A stretch of 64,000 bases of DNA from Podarcis melisellensis (lineage: Eukaryota), in assembly GCA_964234715.1 (NCBI GenBank), contig OZ174292.1; one strand, written 5' to 3'. A program made the position numbers and the translations under genes. How positions within the stretch are numbered: the stretch's first letter is position 1; every line of letters begins with the position of its first letter. Below, piece after piece: positions 34,786 to 47,233 of this stretch. The notes beneath the pieces are model-generated. The model saw only the letters and a program-made list of their open reading frames with translations. It was not told the DNA's origin and searched no databases.

Positions 34786-36174
34786 GAATTGGCAGCTGAA
34801 TCCTGTTTGTCCCAAGACCTTGAAGATTAAAGCATTCCCACAGACAACCAGATTCTTTGAGTTGCAAATTAACACGATAGCCCGTTCACACTGAATCCAT
34901 GTCTGTCCAGGACAGCCAGGTGTCAAGAACCACAAATCAGCTAGAAACTCCCTTTCCTACAGATGGAGAAGATAACTTACTCACACTCTTAAAGACAGAA
35001 AGTCTGCATTTAAAGAAACAGATACACATTCCCAGGATTCTGCAGCACCTGGCTCTCCCACAACGCTCTTCTTTAACATGAGCCAAAGTTTTAGCCTGCT
35101 AAGATTTCCCAACATCACTACACCCCCCCCCCTTTGCATGCAGGTGGTCTCTAACTCACCGAGGGCTTGAGACCCATCAGCTCCCTTCACCTGGTTTATC
35201 TGGCCAGTCGAAGCTATTTCCCAGGGTGTGGCCACTGCCGCATGCTGACAGCTTCTAGGAGCCACAGGTGAGAGCTGAGTGCAGGGTTGGGACCAAAGGT
35301 GGGCAAACAACCCCAGAAAAAGCATGACATGTCCTACACTGGAGGTACTACCCCTCCCCTAAAACTCCATACAGCCCAACAAGAATCATATTATAGTTGT
35401 GATATATGTTACTATTGGTTCCCAGCTTTCTGCTATTCTTCTGTAGTCTCTTATATGCCCTTGAAATGCTGTCAGTTTTCTTAAATTAATAATCTCCCTT
35501 CTACATATTGGTGCATCTCACTGGGGGCTTTCCCCCCCTCTGTAAGCCTCACTGGAAAGGAGTATGTGCTGTCGCAATCATTCCATTTGCCTCAATGTGG
35601 TTTGGCACAATAGCATCTGAGTTACTTGGAAACTGAATTTCACAACTCTACTAACACACCAAATTTCTGGCAGATTTAAGCATTTGGAGAAGAAGGTGTG
35701 TTTGCAGTAGAACACAAACACTTTCTTTTTAAAGTCCCCTTTCAATTTTATAACACCGTAAAGTGAAAATGTGTTTATCGAGTCGTAGGGAAATGTAAAC
35801 CCCAAATTTTATTTTTCACAGTTGCTTTTGCAGGACATGGCATCCAAGATCACACTCTACAAAATGGTACACTCATTTGGCTTGCTGAATCCAAATGTTC
35901 TCATATATAAAATAAATGCAATTGTTTTCCTATGTCAGGTTTTGAAGGATGTGCCATCTGGTTGCCATCTGGCTACCCATCTGACTAGGGAGGTGGGTCA
36001 CAGCTGAGGCCTGAATCTGAATTCCTTCATTTTCTAAGGTTGCCAGCCATTAACTTGGATGTTCTGCCTTCCTTAGAAGCCTTAAAAGGAACAGTGGAAG
36101 GCCTGATAGTCAGAACTGCTGGTTAATTTTCATGTCTTTATCTTATCTTTATACTTACTAAATACACCCACCCA

Positions 36175-36602
36175 NNNNNNNNNNNNNNNNNNNNNNNNNN
36201 NNNNNNNNNNNNNNNNNNNNNNNNNNNNNNNNNNNNNNNNNNNNNNNNNNNNNNNNNNNNNNNNNNNNNNNNNNNNNNNNNNNNNNNNNNNNNNNNNNNN
36301 NNNNNNNNNNNNNNNNNNNNNNNNNNNNNNNNNNNNNNNNNNNNNNNNNNNNNNNNNNNNNNNNNNNNNNNNNNNNNNNNNNNNNNNNNNNNNNNNNNNN
36401 NNNNNNNNNNNNNNNNNNNNNNNNNNNNNNNNNNNNNNNNNNNNNNNNNNNNNNNNNNNNNNNNNNNNNNNNNNNNNNNNNNNNNNNNNNNNNNNNNNNN
36501 NNNNNNNNNNNNNNNNNNNNNNNNNNNNNNNNNNNNNNNNNNNNNNNNNNNNNNNNNNNNNNNNNNNNNNNNNNNNNNNNNNNNNNNNNNNNNNNNNNNN
36601 NN
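36175..36602. other. Assembly gap
   Basis: Run of N. Confidence 1.
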
Positions 36603-37475
36603 CCCATTACTGGGTCCAATCAGAAGTTGTAGCCCATCTTTTCCACCTATTTCTATTCTCCTCCATCTAAGCCTAGTTCACACATATATTTACATTGTTT
36701 CTTTCTGTGGTGCTAGATATGCAATAGTCCATTCGTACATGAAGGTAATCCCTTCATGTGGCAGTAACTGATAGTAACATGCATGCATGGACCAGCCCAT
36801 GAGACCCAAGTTCCAAAAACATATTACCAGGCCATCCAACACCAACTAGGCGAGGGGTGGGTAGCACATAGCAACATGCAGGCCATTTCACATTTTGAAT
36901 CTGTTTGTCCTCTTAGCCAATGGGGGAGGCAAAAGATTGTGTCTTTCTCTAAGGCTACCATTTGAGTTCACATGGAGACTGAAATCTACAGGATGATTCA
37001 CACATACTTCTGTCTGCCTCTTTGATTTCTCTTCACTTGGTTGCACAATGCTTCATGTGTGAACTGAAGCCACTGACAAGCCTTGTCTGCCATTGAGAGA
37101 AGGTGGACATTCCCTCCATGGTGACGATGGCTCTTTCACACAAGCAAGTCCCTCTTTGATGCTGTGGTTATCAAGTGGCAAGTTTTCAGGTGGGAAGTAG
37201 TCCACTGAGGTGAGACATCATTTGTTATTCTCCTTTCAACAACTAAATGTTCTTCCAATCACCACGATTTTTAAATGCATTTTTCACAATTTTTCACAAT
37301 TCACCTTTTTATAAGATAAAAATGAGACATGCACTTGGTCATTTAGGATGGACAAATATTTCAATCATTCCAAAAGTAGCAAGACATATAAGAATTCCAC
37401 TCATTTAAACCAATGTGCAGCCTGATTCTATGCATGTTTTCTCAGAAGTGAGCCCCACAAATTCCAATGGGGATT

Positions 37476-37673
37476 ACTCCAAATATGCATAGAAATGCAG
37501 CCAAGAAAGTGAGAGAAAGCTTCAGTGGGGCTTACTCTCAAGTAAATACTCATTGTGTTGCAGCATTTATCAGCACTCCAAATATGCATAGAAATGCAGC
37601 CAAGAAAGTGAGAGAAAGCTTCAGTGGGGCTTACTCTCAAGTAAACACTCATTGTGTTGCAGCATTTATCAGC
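37476..37673. repeat. 99-bp tandem duplication (2 copies)
   Basis: actccaaatatgcatag...gcatttatcagc starts at 37476 and again at 37575, with one substitution seen. Confidence 0.95.
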
Positions 37674-38589
37674 ACCATGCTCTAACCAAGTAAGCTATCC
37701 AGGCTCTCCCTAAAGGACTCATTGTGGACAGGAAATGCCAACAGACAGATACCAAAAATTAAAAGAGTTGTACCTACCTTCTATTTTCTGTTTGAAAGCT
37801 GTCATCTGTAAGAAAGGAGCTCATGGAAAAGGGAGAAACTACTGTGGTGCTTTGTAAATCTCCTACTCGCTCCTACCCACTGGTTGCCCTGAATTTCAAA
37901 TGGGAACCAGAAGTCTTTGGTTTCATTGAATCAATGACCCATTGATCCCATTTCCCTTGCTTACAGGCTTCAGTCAAATCTAGCACTTCCTGACTGCCCT
38001 AAGCAGAACTCATGGAAGGAATGTGGATTGGGACTGCGCCCAGCTCAGTGCCAGGTTGGGCTAGCTTGTGGATCAGGACTGAATGACCCTGACAGGACTA
38101 GGAGCAGAAGCCTGAATTTCCTCCGCCACCTTCCCTCTCCACCAACAAGGCTTTGAAAACAAAATGCTGCTGTTATATCAATCTGTTTGGGATGCTGTAG
38201 GCAATGCTCTTCAGGCCGCCTCAAAATGGGGATCTTACAGCCAAGGTGTTGAAGAGGCACCTGAAGCAGTGTGGAAAGGGATGGAGCAGACATCGCCAGT
38301 CCCAGCTAGCTGGGCAGACAGGAGTTTTAGCTCAAAACATCAGGACACTGGGTTGCCGAAAGATGGGAGAAAGCAGGGTGAGCCCAAGGCATTCTGGCAG
38401 CTGAGGTGGACCACAAAATGGCCCCCTTCCCTCAAGGGAAAAAGGGATGAGTGAAGTTCTATATCAGGAACAAGGCAGGAGGAAATAAAGTTCTGCATTG
38501 TGATCTGCTGCCTTTGTGGATCCTGCTGCCCGAGGAAGTTCTCGCAATGTACTTTGTGGGTGGGCCAGCCCTGGGATGATGAAGATGAT

Positions 38590-38815
38590 GATGATGATAA
38601 CAACAACAACGATTTATTTATACCCCACCCATATGCCTGGGTTTCCCCAGCCACTCTGGACAGCTTCCAACACAATATTAAAATGCAATAGTCCTTCAGA
38701 TATTAAAAGCTTCCCTAAACAGGGCTGCCCTCTGATGTCTTCTAAAAGTCTGGTAGTTGTTTTTTCCTTTGACATCTGGTGGGAGGGTGTTCCACAGGGC
38801 GGGTGCCACTACCAA
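38590..38815 (-). mobile_element. L2 LINE 3' end
   Basis: Similar to 34360-34560 (ccagccactctgg, agggctgcc, gacatctg.tgggaggg.gttccacaggg). Confidence 0.85.
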
Positions 38816-39260
38816 GAAGTCATCCTTGCAAAGCAAAGCTCTAAATGTTGCAACTGTTTAGAAAGAGAAAAATCTGAGTGGGTTTGATGCATGTGAGCAA
38901 AACATGATGGAGATTTATAAAATTATGAGTGTTGTGGAGAGAGGTGTCTTCTCCATTCCCAACCACTCTCAGAACTTTTGAACTCAAGATCATGAAGTGG
39001 AATTGAGGCAAAGGTGGAAATATTTCATGCAGTGCACAATTGCCTCAAGATGTGTTACAGCCACACACATATATGGCTTTCCAAAAAGATGGGGGATTAT
39101 GAAGGAAAGATCTAAAAATTGAGCCTCTGTGTCCAAAGACAGCATACCTTGGAATGCTAGAGCAAAACAGGGGTGGCCATCTCCACCGTGCTTCCAGTGG
39201 CCCCTGCCCAGCTGCTGTGTGAGGCTGGCCTGATCAGCAAGACAATGCTGATGTTCCTGG
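38816..39260 (+). mobile_element. Very degraded CR1 3' region
   Basis: atgatggagatttataaaattatgag, ggcaaaggtggaaatatttc. Confidence 0.5.
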
Positions 39261-40576
39261 GAATACTTACCGCAGCCCCTAAGCTCCCTTCCATTGGCTT
39301 CCCAACTCTTATTCCCTGCAATGGGCTTGTGCCAAGTTAGGGAACGTGGCAATGCTGGAAACAGGCGGCTCCACCTCCCATCGCTTGGCAACAGATGGTA
39401 AAAATAGCACAGGCTTTGGAAGAATTTGGCTGTTCTGATGCTGCAGTCTTAGAGGACCAGGACCAGGCACTCAGTGACAGGCCTGGGGCAAAGAGATAGT
39501 CTTTGGGGCAAGCTCAGCATGCTGTTATGCAGGGTTTCTCAAACTTTTTGACTTCAGATCTTCCCACCATGGGCTTGGCTGATAAGGGCTGGAAGGCTCA
39601 AGCCCAGACCTTTTCCCTGGAATTTTGCACTCTCTCTTCCAGGTGTCCAGTGCCCCACAAGGGAGCCCCTTTTCTAGAGTTGGGGAAGGGCTGTAGCTCA
39701 GGAGCAGAGCACTTGCTTTGCAAGGAGAGGGTCCCAGGTTCAATCCCAGGCATCTCCAAGAGAGACTGCTGTTGGAAATGCTGCTTTAAAAATTCCATTC
39801 TAGTTAGTGGCTTTTCTTCTTCTAGGGTCAGAGGGCAGTCATTAGGAGGATTTGGAGAGGTTCTCCTGAAAAACACAGACACATACACTGATAGGAGTGC
39901 AAAGTGACTGGAGGCTTCAACCTGGTTTAGGCATAAGGGGAAGCCACAGTCTTCCCACTACCTGAACAAGTATCCTGAAAGCCTTGCATGCAGACGGACT
40001 CAGGTTCAGTCCCCAATTCAGGTAGGGCTGAGAAAGCCACCTGTCTGAAACCCTGCAGAAGCACTGCCCTTCATCATAAACTATAATGAGCTAAAATGGG
40101 CCAATGAGCTGATTTGGTGCAAGAAGGGATGTGATGCTGCTGAACAAGGAATGATCCTCCCACCCCCTGCCCTACTCAGAGGAGAGTTGGGTGCTAGGTC
40201 AGCCTCCAGCCACATGCTGTCTCCTAAAATGTGCCCTGTCCCCACAATAATTCAATAGGTTAGCAGACAACTGTAGCCAAGACCTTGTGTTCCAGAGCAC
40301 TGCATACCTGGGATTTGCTCCCTCCTCACCATCACCAAAGCCTCTTGATATCTCCCTCTTCAGCATGGGTCATTATGTTTTGCCATCCTAATCCATGGCA
40401 CTCACAGCCTGAACACTGGAAACAGTGGTGTGCATGCAGATGTACTGCAGTCAAATGCTGGCAGAACCGGTAGCTTTAGACAAGGCTGCATGCATGCTGA
40501 GATCTCCACTGGTGTACAGAAAAAGAGGAGAAATTGCTATTAAGCTATGAATGTGGTTTCCAGAGAACCCCAGCCT

Positions 40577-40577
40577 A

Positions 40578-40630
<53 letters not shown>
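40577..40630. repeat. (CA)n(GA)n microsatellite
   Basis: Direct reading. Confidence 0.95.
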
Positions 40631-40632
<2 letters not shown>

Positions 40633-40964
40633 AGTTTCTAGCCCTTATGGCTGTGAAGCTGTGCCTGAAAGTGTGTGGGTGAAACACTTGCTGAAATCTG
40701 GGAAGTGAGAGGGGTGGCCAAAATAGATTTTCAGAGGACTGAGGGGTGGGGAGGTTTTCAGCACTCTGCATAGCTCATTCCCTTGCCATCCCTGCCTCCC
40801 GCACTTGTGATTAGCGCAACAAGACTTTGGCAAAAATAGTAACCAAAATTGCAAAATGCATTATGCAAAGAAAGAAAAAAGAAATGTGCAAATGTGCTCA
40901 ATTTGCACAATTTTATATAGGTTACAGAATCCAGCCCTGTATAAATATTAGTTTATCAGGTTTT

Positions 40965-41619
40965 TCAGGTTTTTGGGAGTGACTATCGATCAGGGCATGA
41001 CTTGGAGCGCAAATACCACTGCTCTGGTGAAGAAGGCCCAGCAGAGAATTTATTTCCTCAGACTTTTAAAGAAGAACAATCTGAGTGAGAGACTGCTGGT
41101 GTCCTTCTACCGAGGCTCCATAGAGAGCATTCTCACATACTGTATTTGTGCTTGGTTCTCCAGTTGTACAGCTAGGGAGAGGAAGGTGCTCCAGAAGGTC
41201 ATAACCACAGCCCAAAGGATTATTGGTCATCCTCTCCCATCTTTGGAAGAACTGTACGGTTCCCGTTGTCTTAGGAAAGCAAACAACATCCTGCAGGATT
41301 CATCTCACCCGGGATACAGTCTGTTTGCACTACTGCCTTCTGGCAGGAGATATAGAAACATCAAGTCAAGGACAAATAGACTGAAAAATAGTTTCTATCC
41401 AAGAGCTGTGGCCTTTTTGAATGCTGTAACTCGATAGTGTGACCTGGGAGTTTGATGGGTGTGGGTGTGGGTGTGGCTGGAATGTGGTTTGTTTGGTTGT
41501 TGTTGTTGTTTTGCTTTTGTTGTTTTTAAGGGATGGCATCCAATTTCGTTGCACTTGTGCAATGTTGCACTTGTGTAATGACAATAAAGAATCTATCTAT
41601 CTATCTATCTATCTATCTA
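40965..41619 (+). mobile_element. Rex1/Babar LINE 3' end
   Basis: Uninterrupted 154-codon ORF: FLGVTI...TW..NT..LVKKAQQR.YFLR.LKK...FYRG.IESILTYCI.AW...DSSHPG..LF.LLPSGRRYR.IK.RTNRLKNSFYP.A. It is followed by a GT-rich 3'UTR, AATAAA and a (CTAT)n tail. Confidence 0.9.
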
Positions 41620-41627
41620 GTGCTGAG

Positions 41628-41922
41628 CAATGGAGGCTGGTCCATTAGGGGAATGGGGCACTGACTCAACAACCCCAGTCTGCCCTTAGCCAGTCTCCAC
41701 CTGCCTGCCTTCTCCCTTCCAACCATTCTGTTGGGGATGGAGTGCTGCCTGCCAGGTTTCACCTCCTTAGTCTCAGTGTTGCTCCTTGTGGAACTTAGCA
41801 GGGAGGGCGATGGAGCAATACTAGACTCGGTCCATTCCACTCGTCATTGGCTCTGGCTCCAACCAACGGCAGGGTGCCCTGCCTTGGGCCCCACCAGACC
41901 CTACTGGCACCAGCCGCCACTG
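41628..41922. mobile_element. hAT-Tip100-type MITE
   Basis: TIR caatggaggctggt / accagccgccactg. TSD gtgctgag / gtgccaag (6/8). Confidence 0.75.
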
Positions 41923-43589
41923 GTGCCAAGTATGTTTTTGTTTTTGTTGGCGTCCGTCTGCCTTGAGAGACAATGGAGTACACCTCGGGGGGGGGGGTGA
42001 AGTCAAACTGCTGCCCTAGCAGCACCGAAGTGACCTCCCTGAGGCGCAAGCCAAACTACTGTGTTAACAGCACTGGTGGCCTTTTGGGGGCCCAAGCCCA
42101 CCAGAGACACGACCCCTACCCTTGCACCGCATACACCCCCCCCATGTACAGTCTTGTTTTCAGATTATTTCAGAAAGGTCTTAAATCACATATAATAGGG
42201 AAAGCTAAAAAAGAAAAACACTCTTTAGAATTATTAGCCAATCTGACCTGGGGTTGAGGAGACCTTCCTGACCCCAAGTAGTGGGCCAGGCAAGGGGGGG
42301 GTGTCAATAACAAGATCGGATGCATAAGTGGGCCCAGTTTAAAGAGTGATCAATCCCAGTGAGTTAAAGCAAGGACTTTGGTCTGGATTTGAATGTCTCA
42401 CCCACCATTTCCCACTTTCTCCCTCTCTTCCCCTACCCTGCCTTGCCCTCGGGGACCCTCTTTCGGGCACCAGAGCCAGTGCATTAAGCTGCTTTGGCCT
42501 TCCACCAAAGATCTGCTCTCCTCCTAACAAGCAGCTAATGGCTCCATTAGAAGCCGGGCCTGGAGTTCACATCGTCCTTCCCAGCACCTGCTGGAACTGC
42601 TCAGGGCCTGAGTAATGACCTAAATGGGGAAGAGAAGTTTGAGTCACTCCCCCGACCTCACCCCTTCAATCTCCCTTGGCCAGACACAGAGACGGCTGCA
42701 TCGGTCAATATAGCAACGGTATATATCTCGGCTCTGACGTGGTAATTGGCTGAGAGTGGCTGGTGGGATGAGCTAGGAGGGATCTGTGGCTTGGAAATGA
42801 GAGGCCGGTGGAGAGACTGGCCTCAAGGGGAATAGGCTGCCTGGCACTGGCAGGCCAGAGCACTGCAGCACCAAGAGGCAGGGACAACTCTGCCACTAGG
42901 CAGACACCTGGAGCACCTGCTCAGCAGCTGGAGATCAAAGGCGTTTCCCCCTCCCCCAGCATGGCACTGCCCTCGATGCTACACAGGGATGGCAGCAGGC
43001 AGGCAGATTGTCCAGCACTATGCCAATGGGGCAAGGAAGGGCCAGGCAAGAGGAACGGGACCCCAGTGGGAGAAAAGAGGTTGAGCAGTGATTCCTAATA
43101 TTAGGGGCCAGTGGTTAGAAGCAGACAGGGGCAGGGCAAGAGCGACAGAACACAAGAAGCTACGGGTGGCTGCTAGCCACAATGGCTGTGTCCCTCCTCC
43201 ACTGTCAGGGCCATTGTGAGAAGGGGATGTTGGACCTTGCTGTGCCCTTGCTCTGACCCAGCAGGGCTCTTCTTATGCTGAGTATTAGGGGCGAGAAAGA
43301 TGCCACTGGAGAGGGACTGCCAACTGGGCTGGATGGACCCAGCGCAAGGTCATCTCACAGCTGAAAGCAGGGCCATTGCAACAGTGTACTTCTACCACCC
43401 CGCCCTCACACCCAGTATCATTTTGCCAGGCCACTTGTTCACCTAGCTCAGTACTGCAAACACTGAATGGCAGCAGCAATCCAGGGTTTCAGGCAGTAGT
43501 CTCTGGCTGCCCTATCTGGAAATGCTGAGAATTGAACCCTGGACCTTCTGCATGCAGAGCCTGTGCCTGCCCCCCGAGCAGTGGCCCTT

Positions 43590-43733
43590 CAGCCTAGATA
43601 GCTCAGCTGGTGCTGATAACGCCAAGGTTGCAGGTTCGATCCCCGTATGGGACAGCTACATATTCCTGCATTGCAGGGGCTTGGATTAGAATGATCCTCA
43701 AGGGTTCCTTCCAACCCTACAGTTCTATGATTC
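43590..43733 (+). mobile_element. tRNA-Ile-derived SINE with CR1-type tail
   Basis: tagctcag..tggtgctgataacgccaaggttgcaggttcgatccccgtatggg, then ttcctgcattgcagggg...cttccaaccctacagttctatgattc. Confidence 0.85.
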
Positions 43734-44809
43734 ACCTCTTCTGTCATGGCAAATTGCTGAAGGCCCACGTGCTCTGTCTGCTGTAGGTGTAGTCGGGTTG
43801 GCAACAGGAAAAGCCTTTTTGCAGCATGGAGAGAAATGTCATCACCTGCTCACTGCTGCAGATCAAGCTGCTGTTAAACACGCAGGAGGAAGTGTTGGCA
43901 ATCCTAGGTGTAGGTTAGTCGTTTTACTCCGCAAGTAGTCTGCCTTTTGCACTGGCTTCCGGCACACGGCTTGTTAAAAAAAGCCAGGCCTCACAGTTTC
44001 CTGTTTGTGGCTGCTGTACTAGTGCAGCAGAAGCGAAGGAAGCGCAAAATTCTCTCTCTCTTTTTAAAGAAGTATTCTCCAAAAGCTACAACAGGGCAGT
44101 GGTTTGCCAAGGACGAGCACCAGAAAACATGGCTCTGCCCCTAGGAAATGGAGACATTTGGAAGTTGTCTCCTGCTTGCACAGTCCTGCCCTCGTCTCCC
44201 TCAGTCAGGGCAGGGATGCCCTTTCCAGAGGGCTCCTGCTATTGCTGCTCCTGGAAGCTGCATCACATCTCATTGGGGACTTGGCTTGGTGGGCTGAGTG
44301 AGAAGTTTTGGGTTCTGATGTGGGCAAGATCAGAATACCAGCCAGAGCTGAGATGGACAGAACTTGCTGTTTCCCCCAGAGATTGTTGCCTCGGGAAAGA
44401 AGGTTTTCACCTCCACTGCATTTAAATTTTCCTTTGCTGGGTTGCTTGGGAGAAATATCTGGCCCTCTGCACAATCAGCCCACCATGTCTGTGCCTCTTT
44501 CCCTTCTGCTTTCTCTCCTTCATTTCCATAGGTGCCTGGGCTGCATCTTATGCACACAACATTTCTCCTACACAAAAGGCTAAGAGTCAGTGGGTACATT
44601 GTGTATAGAGGAAGAGCTGGTAGGACTCTGGACTGTACCACTTCAGACTGCAGGTGGGAGGAGCCATGTGCTGCTGTTTCTAACATGGAAAAAGCTATAT
44701 GGGATGTTTTCAATATGGAAAAAATTATCCATCAGATCAAATCACCTCAGAGCAGAGCAAGTGCAAGATTTCTATTGCTTAGAAATCTAGCATCTCTTCA
44801 TACAGTTTC

Positions 44810-45012
44810 CTGAGAACCAGGACATTCCTTCTACAGTAAGAGCTGTTTGACAGTAGAGCCTTTCTGGGAAGATGGTGGACTCTCCTTCCTTGGGGGGTTT
44901 TAAGCCAAGGTTGGCTGGCCATCTGCCATGCATGCTTTAAATTGAGATTCCTGCATTGCAGGGGGTTGGACTAGATGACCCTGAGGGTCCCTTCCAGTTC
45001 TACAATTTTATG
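44810..45012 (+). mobile_element. CR1 3' end
   Basis: Matches 6930-7250 (ggtggactctccttccttgg, gagattcctgcattgcagggggttggactagatgacc). Confidence 0.9.
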
Positions 45013-45180
45013 TAGAATAGGAGTGAAGAAATCTGTCAATTTCAATGGCCCTCTGTTTCTTATTTTTGCAATTTCAAGTTGAGTTCACCCCATTTCCACA
45101 TCAGTTTGCAATCTTGCTTCCCCCCCCCCCCCAATACCAACGCAATAATTTGTACGCATTTCATGGTCACTTCTAATATA

Positions 45181-45401
45181 CAGTGGTACCTCGGGTTAAG
45201 AACTTAATTCATTCTGGAGGTCCGTTCTTAACCTGAAACTGTTCTTAACCTGAGGTTAACCTTTAGCTAATGGGGCCTCCCGCTGCTGCCGCTCCACCAG
45301 CATGCAATTTCTGTTCTCATCCTGGGGCAAAGTTCTTAACCCGAGGTACTATTTCTGGGTTAGCGGAGTCTGTAACCTGAAGCATCTGTAACCCAAGGTA
45401 C
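45181..45401. mobile_element. Tc1/mariner MITE (same family as 11303, inverted)
   Basis: ta-cagtggtacctcgggttaag ... taacccaaggtac. Confidence 0.85.
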
Positions 45402-46524
45402 ATATTTTGGTTTCAAATTGTACGTGATACACACATTATTGCAAGTGATTTCTTTTAATACAATGCATCATGGTGTGGCTGTTCCCTAATATATGCATTT
45501 GTTCAGAGAAGCGCAAACGTTGAAGGATAGCTGCATTCCGCTATGAGGGCCTTTGACCCGTCAGAGGATTGTGAGGAAGCACCAATGCTCAGTGGTGCAG
45601 CAGTGCACACTTTGGAGGCAGAAGGCTCCTGCTTCAGTCCACGCCTGACTGTTACTTTTAACTAGAGGACAGGCTGCGCTGTGCTGGTCCGCTGTAGCAA
45701 AATGCCACGTGGGTGGGAGAGACTTTGAGGGACAAATCCAGGCCCCACTGAGCAAGAGGGCCTCTCGAGGCAGCAGAATTGGCTTGCTGCATTGTGAAGC
45801 CAGTGAGCTAATACAGAGGCTAAAATTGCCTTACTGCACCACAGGTCTTGAAGGCTAGACTAGCAAATTGATTATGGCATCATAATCTGGTCCATCTGCA
45901 ACTGGTGAAAGCGTTCTCTAGTCCATGAAAGTTTTTGCTGTAATTAGCCTCAAAGGTGGTGGTTGTTGTTGCTGCTGCTGCTGCTGTTTCTAGTTAAGAG
46001 CCATCAGGTAACAGAGCTGGGAAAGGCCTTTTCCTGGGAACCCTGGGGAGCTCCTGCTGCCAACAGCACATGAAGTGTGCAGCTTGATGGCCTAACTACA
46101 TATAACTCTGCTGCTTATGGAGATGGTGGGCCAGGACTGCCAGCAGGGCCGGGCTACACTTGAAACAAGGAGACGTGGGTCACCCAAATCCTTGCTCAGC
46201 TATGGCGCTCCCATCGGGCAAGTCACCCTCACCTAACTTGTGGGGTTGTTGTTGCTGCTGCTTTGGAACTAGCTGGGGGTGGAGAGAGAGAGAGAGAGAG
46301 AGAGAGAGTCTCATTAATATTTCACAGGCAGCATCACTGCAGCTTCCACTCACTGCTCCAGTCCTGGCACTAGATGGGGAGGAGAGAGAGAGAGAGAGAG
46401 AGTGCAGAACAATCAGAAGCCCCAAAAATCCTGCAAATTTTGGAACACGGCAAAGAGAATGCAGGGCTCAGAGCCTGAATGACACTGAGGGATTTCAGTG
46501 GACTAGAGCAGTGATGATGTACAC

Positions 46525-46775
46525 CATGGGTAGGCAAACTAAGGCACGGGGGCCGGATCCGACCCAATCACCTTCTAAATCCAGCTCATAGACGGTCCGG
46601 GAATCAGCGTGTTTTTACATGAGTAGAATGTGTCCTTTTATTTAAAATGCATCTCTGGGTTATTTGTGGGGCATAGGAATTCGTTCATTTTTTTTCTTCA
46701 AAATATAGTCTGGCCCCCCACAAGGTCTGAGGATCAGTGGACCAGCCCCCTTCTGAAAAAGTTTGCTGACCCATT
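46525..46775. mobile_element. hAT (Charlie-type) MITE, inverted relative of 4429-4674
   Basis: gggaatcagcgtgtttttacatgagtagaatgtgtccttttatttaaaatgcatctctgg is the reverse complement of the interior of the 4429 copy. Confidence 0.85.
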
Positions 46776-46919
46776 GCGCCTGAGCATCCTCTCTTGCTCT
46801 GGGAAGAGAAGGACCATTTCCTCTTGCTTTACGACAGGGATGGAGAACCTGAGGCCCCCAAGATGATGCTGAACAATTCCCATCACCCTGACTGTTGGCC
46901 ATTGCTTGCTGGGTCTGAT

Positions 46920-47070
46920 GGATAGCTCAGGTGGTTATAGCATGGTGCTGATAATGCCAAGGTTGCAGGTTCGATCCCTGTATGGGACAGCTGCATATTC
47001 CTGCATTGCAGGGGGTTGGACTAGATGATCCTCAGGGTCCCTTCCAACTGTACAATTCTATTATGCTATG
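46920..47070 (+). mobile_element. tRNA-Ile-derived SINE with CR1-type tail (second copy)
   Basis: tagctcaggtggttatagcatggtgctgataatgccaaggttgcaggttcgatccc plus CR1 tail. Confidence 0.85.
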
Positions 47071-47145
47071 CTTCTGTAACCACCAGCTGACTGAACCTGG
47101 GTTATAGAAGTTCATTCTACTGGAGGTCTGTTCATCCCATTAATT

Positions 47146-47191
47146 TATACCCTCCAACATTTTTCAGATGAAAATAGGGATGTCCTATTCA

Positions 47192-47233
<42 letters not shown>

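Noticed and set aside
40973-41437. Host gene CDS
   Set aside because: It is the C-terminus of a 5'-truncated Rex1/Babar RT ORF with no ATG start.
43590-43655. Functional tRNA-Ile gene (also 46920, and tRNA-Lys at 28611)
   Set aside because: Arms are deleted or mutated and each runs directly into a CR1-type tail, so they are SINE heads.
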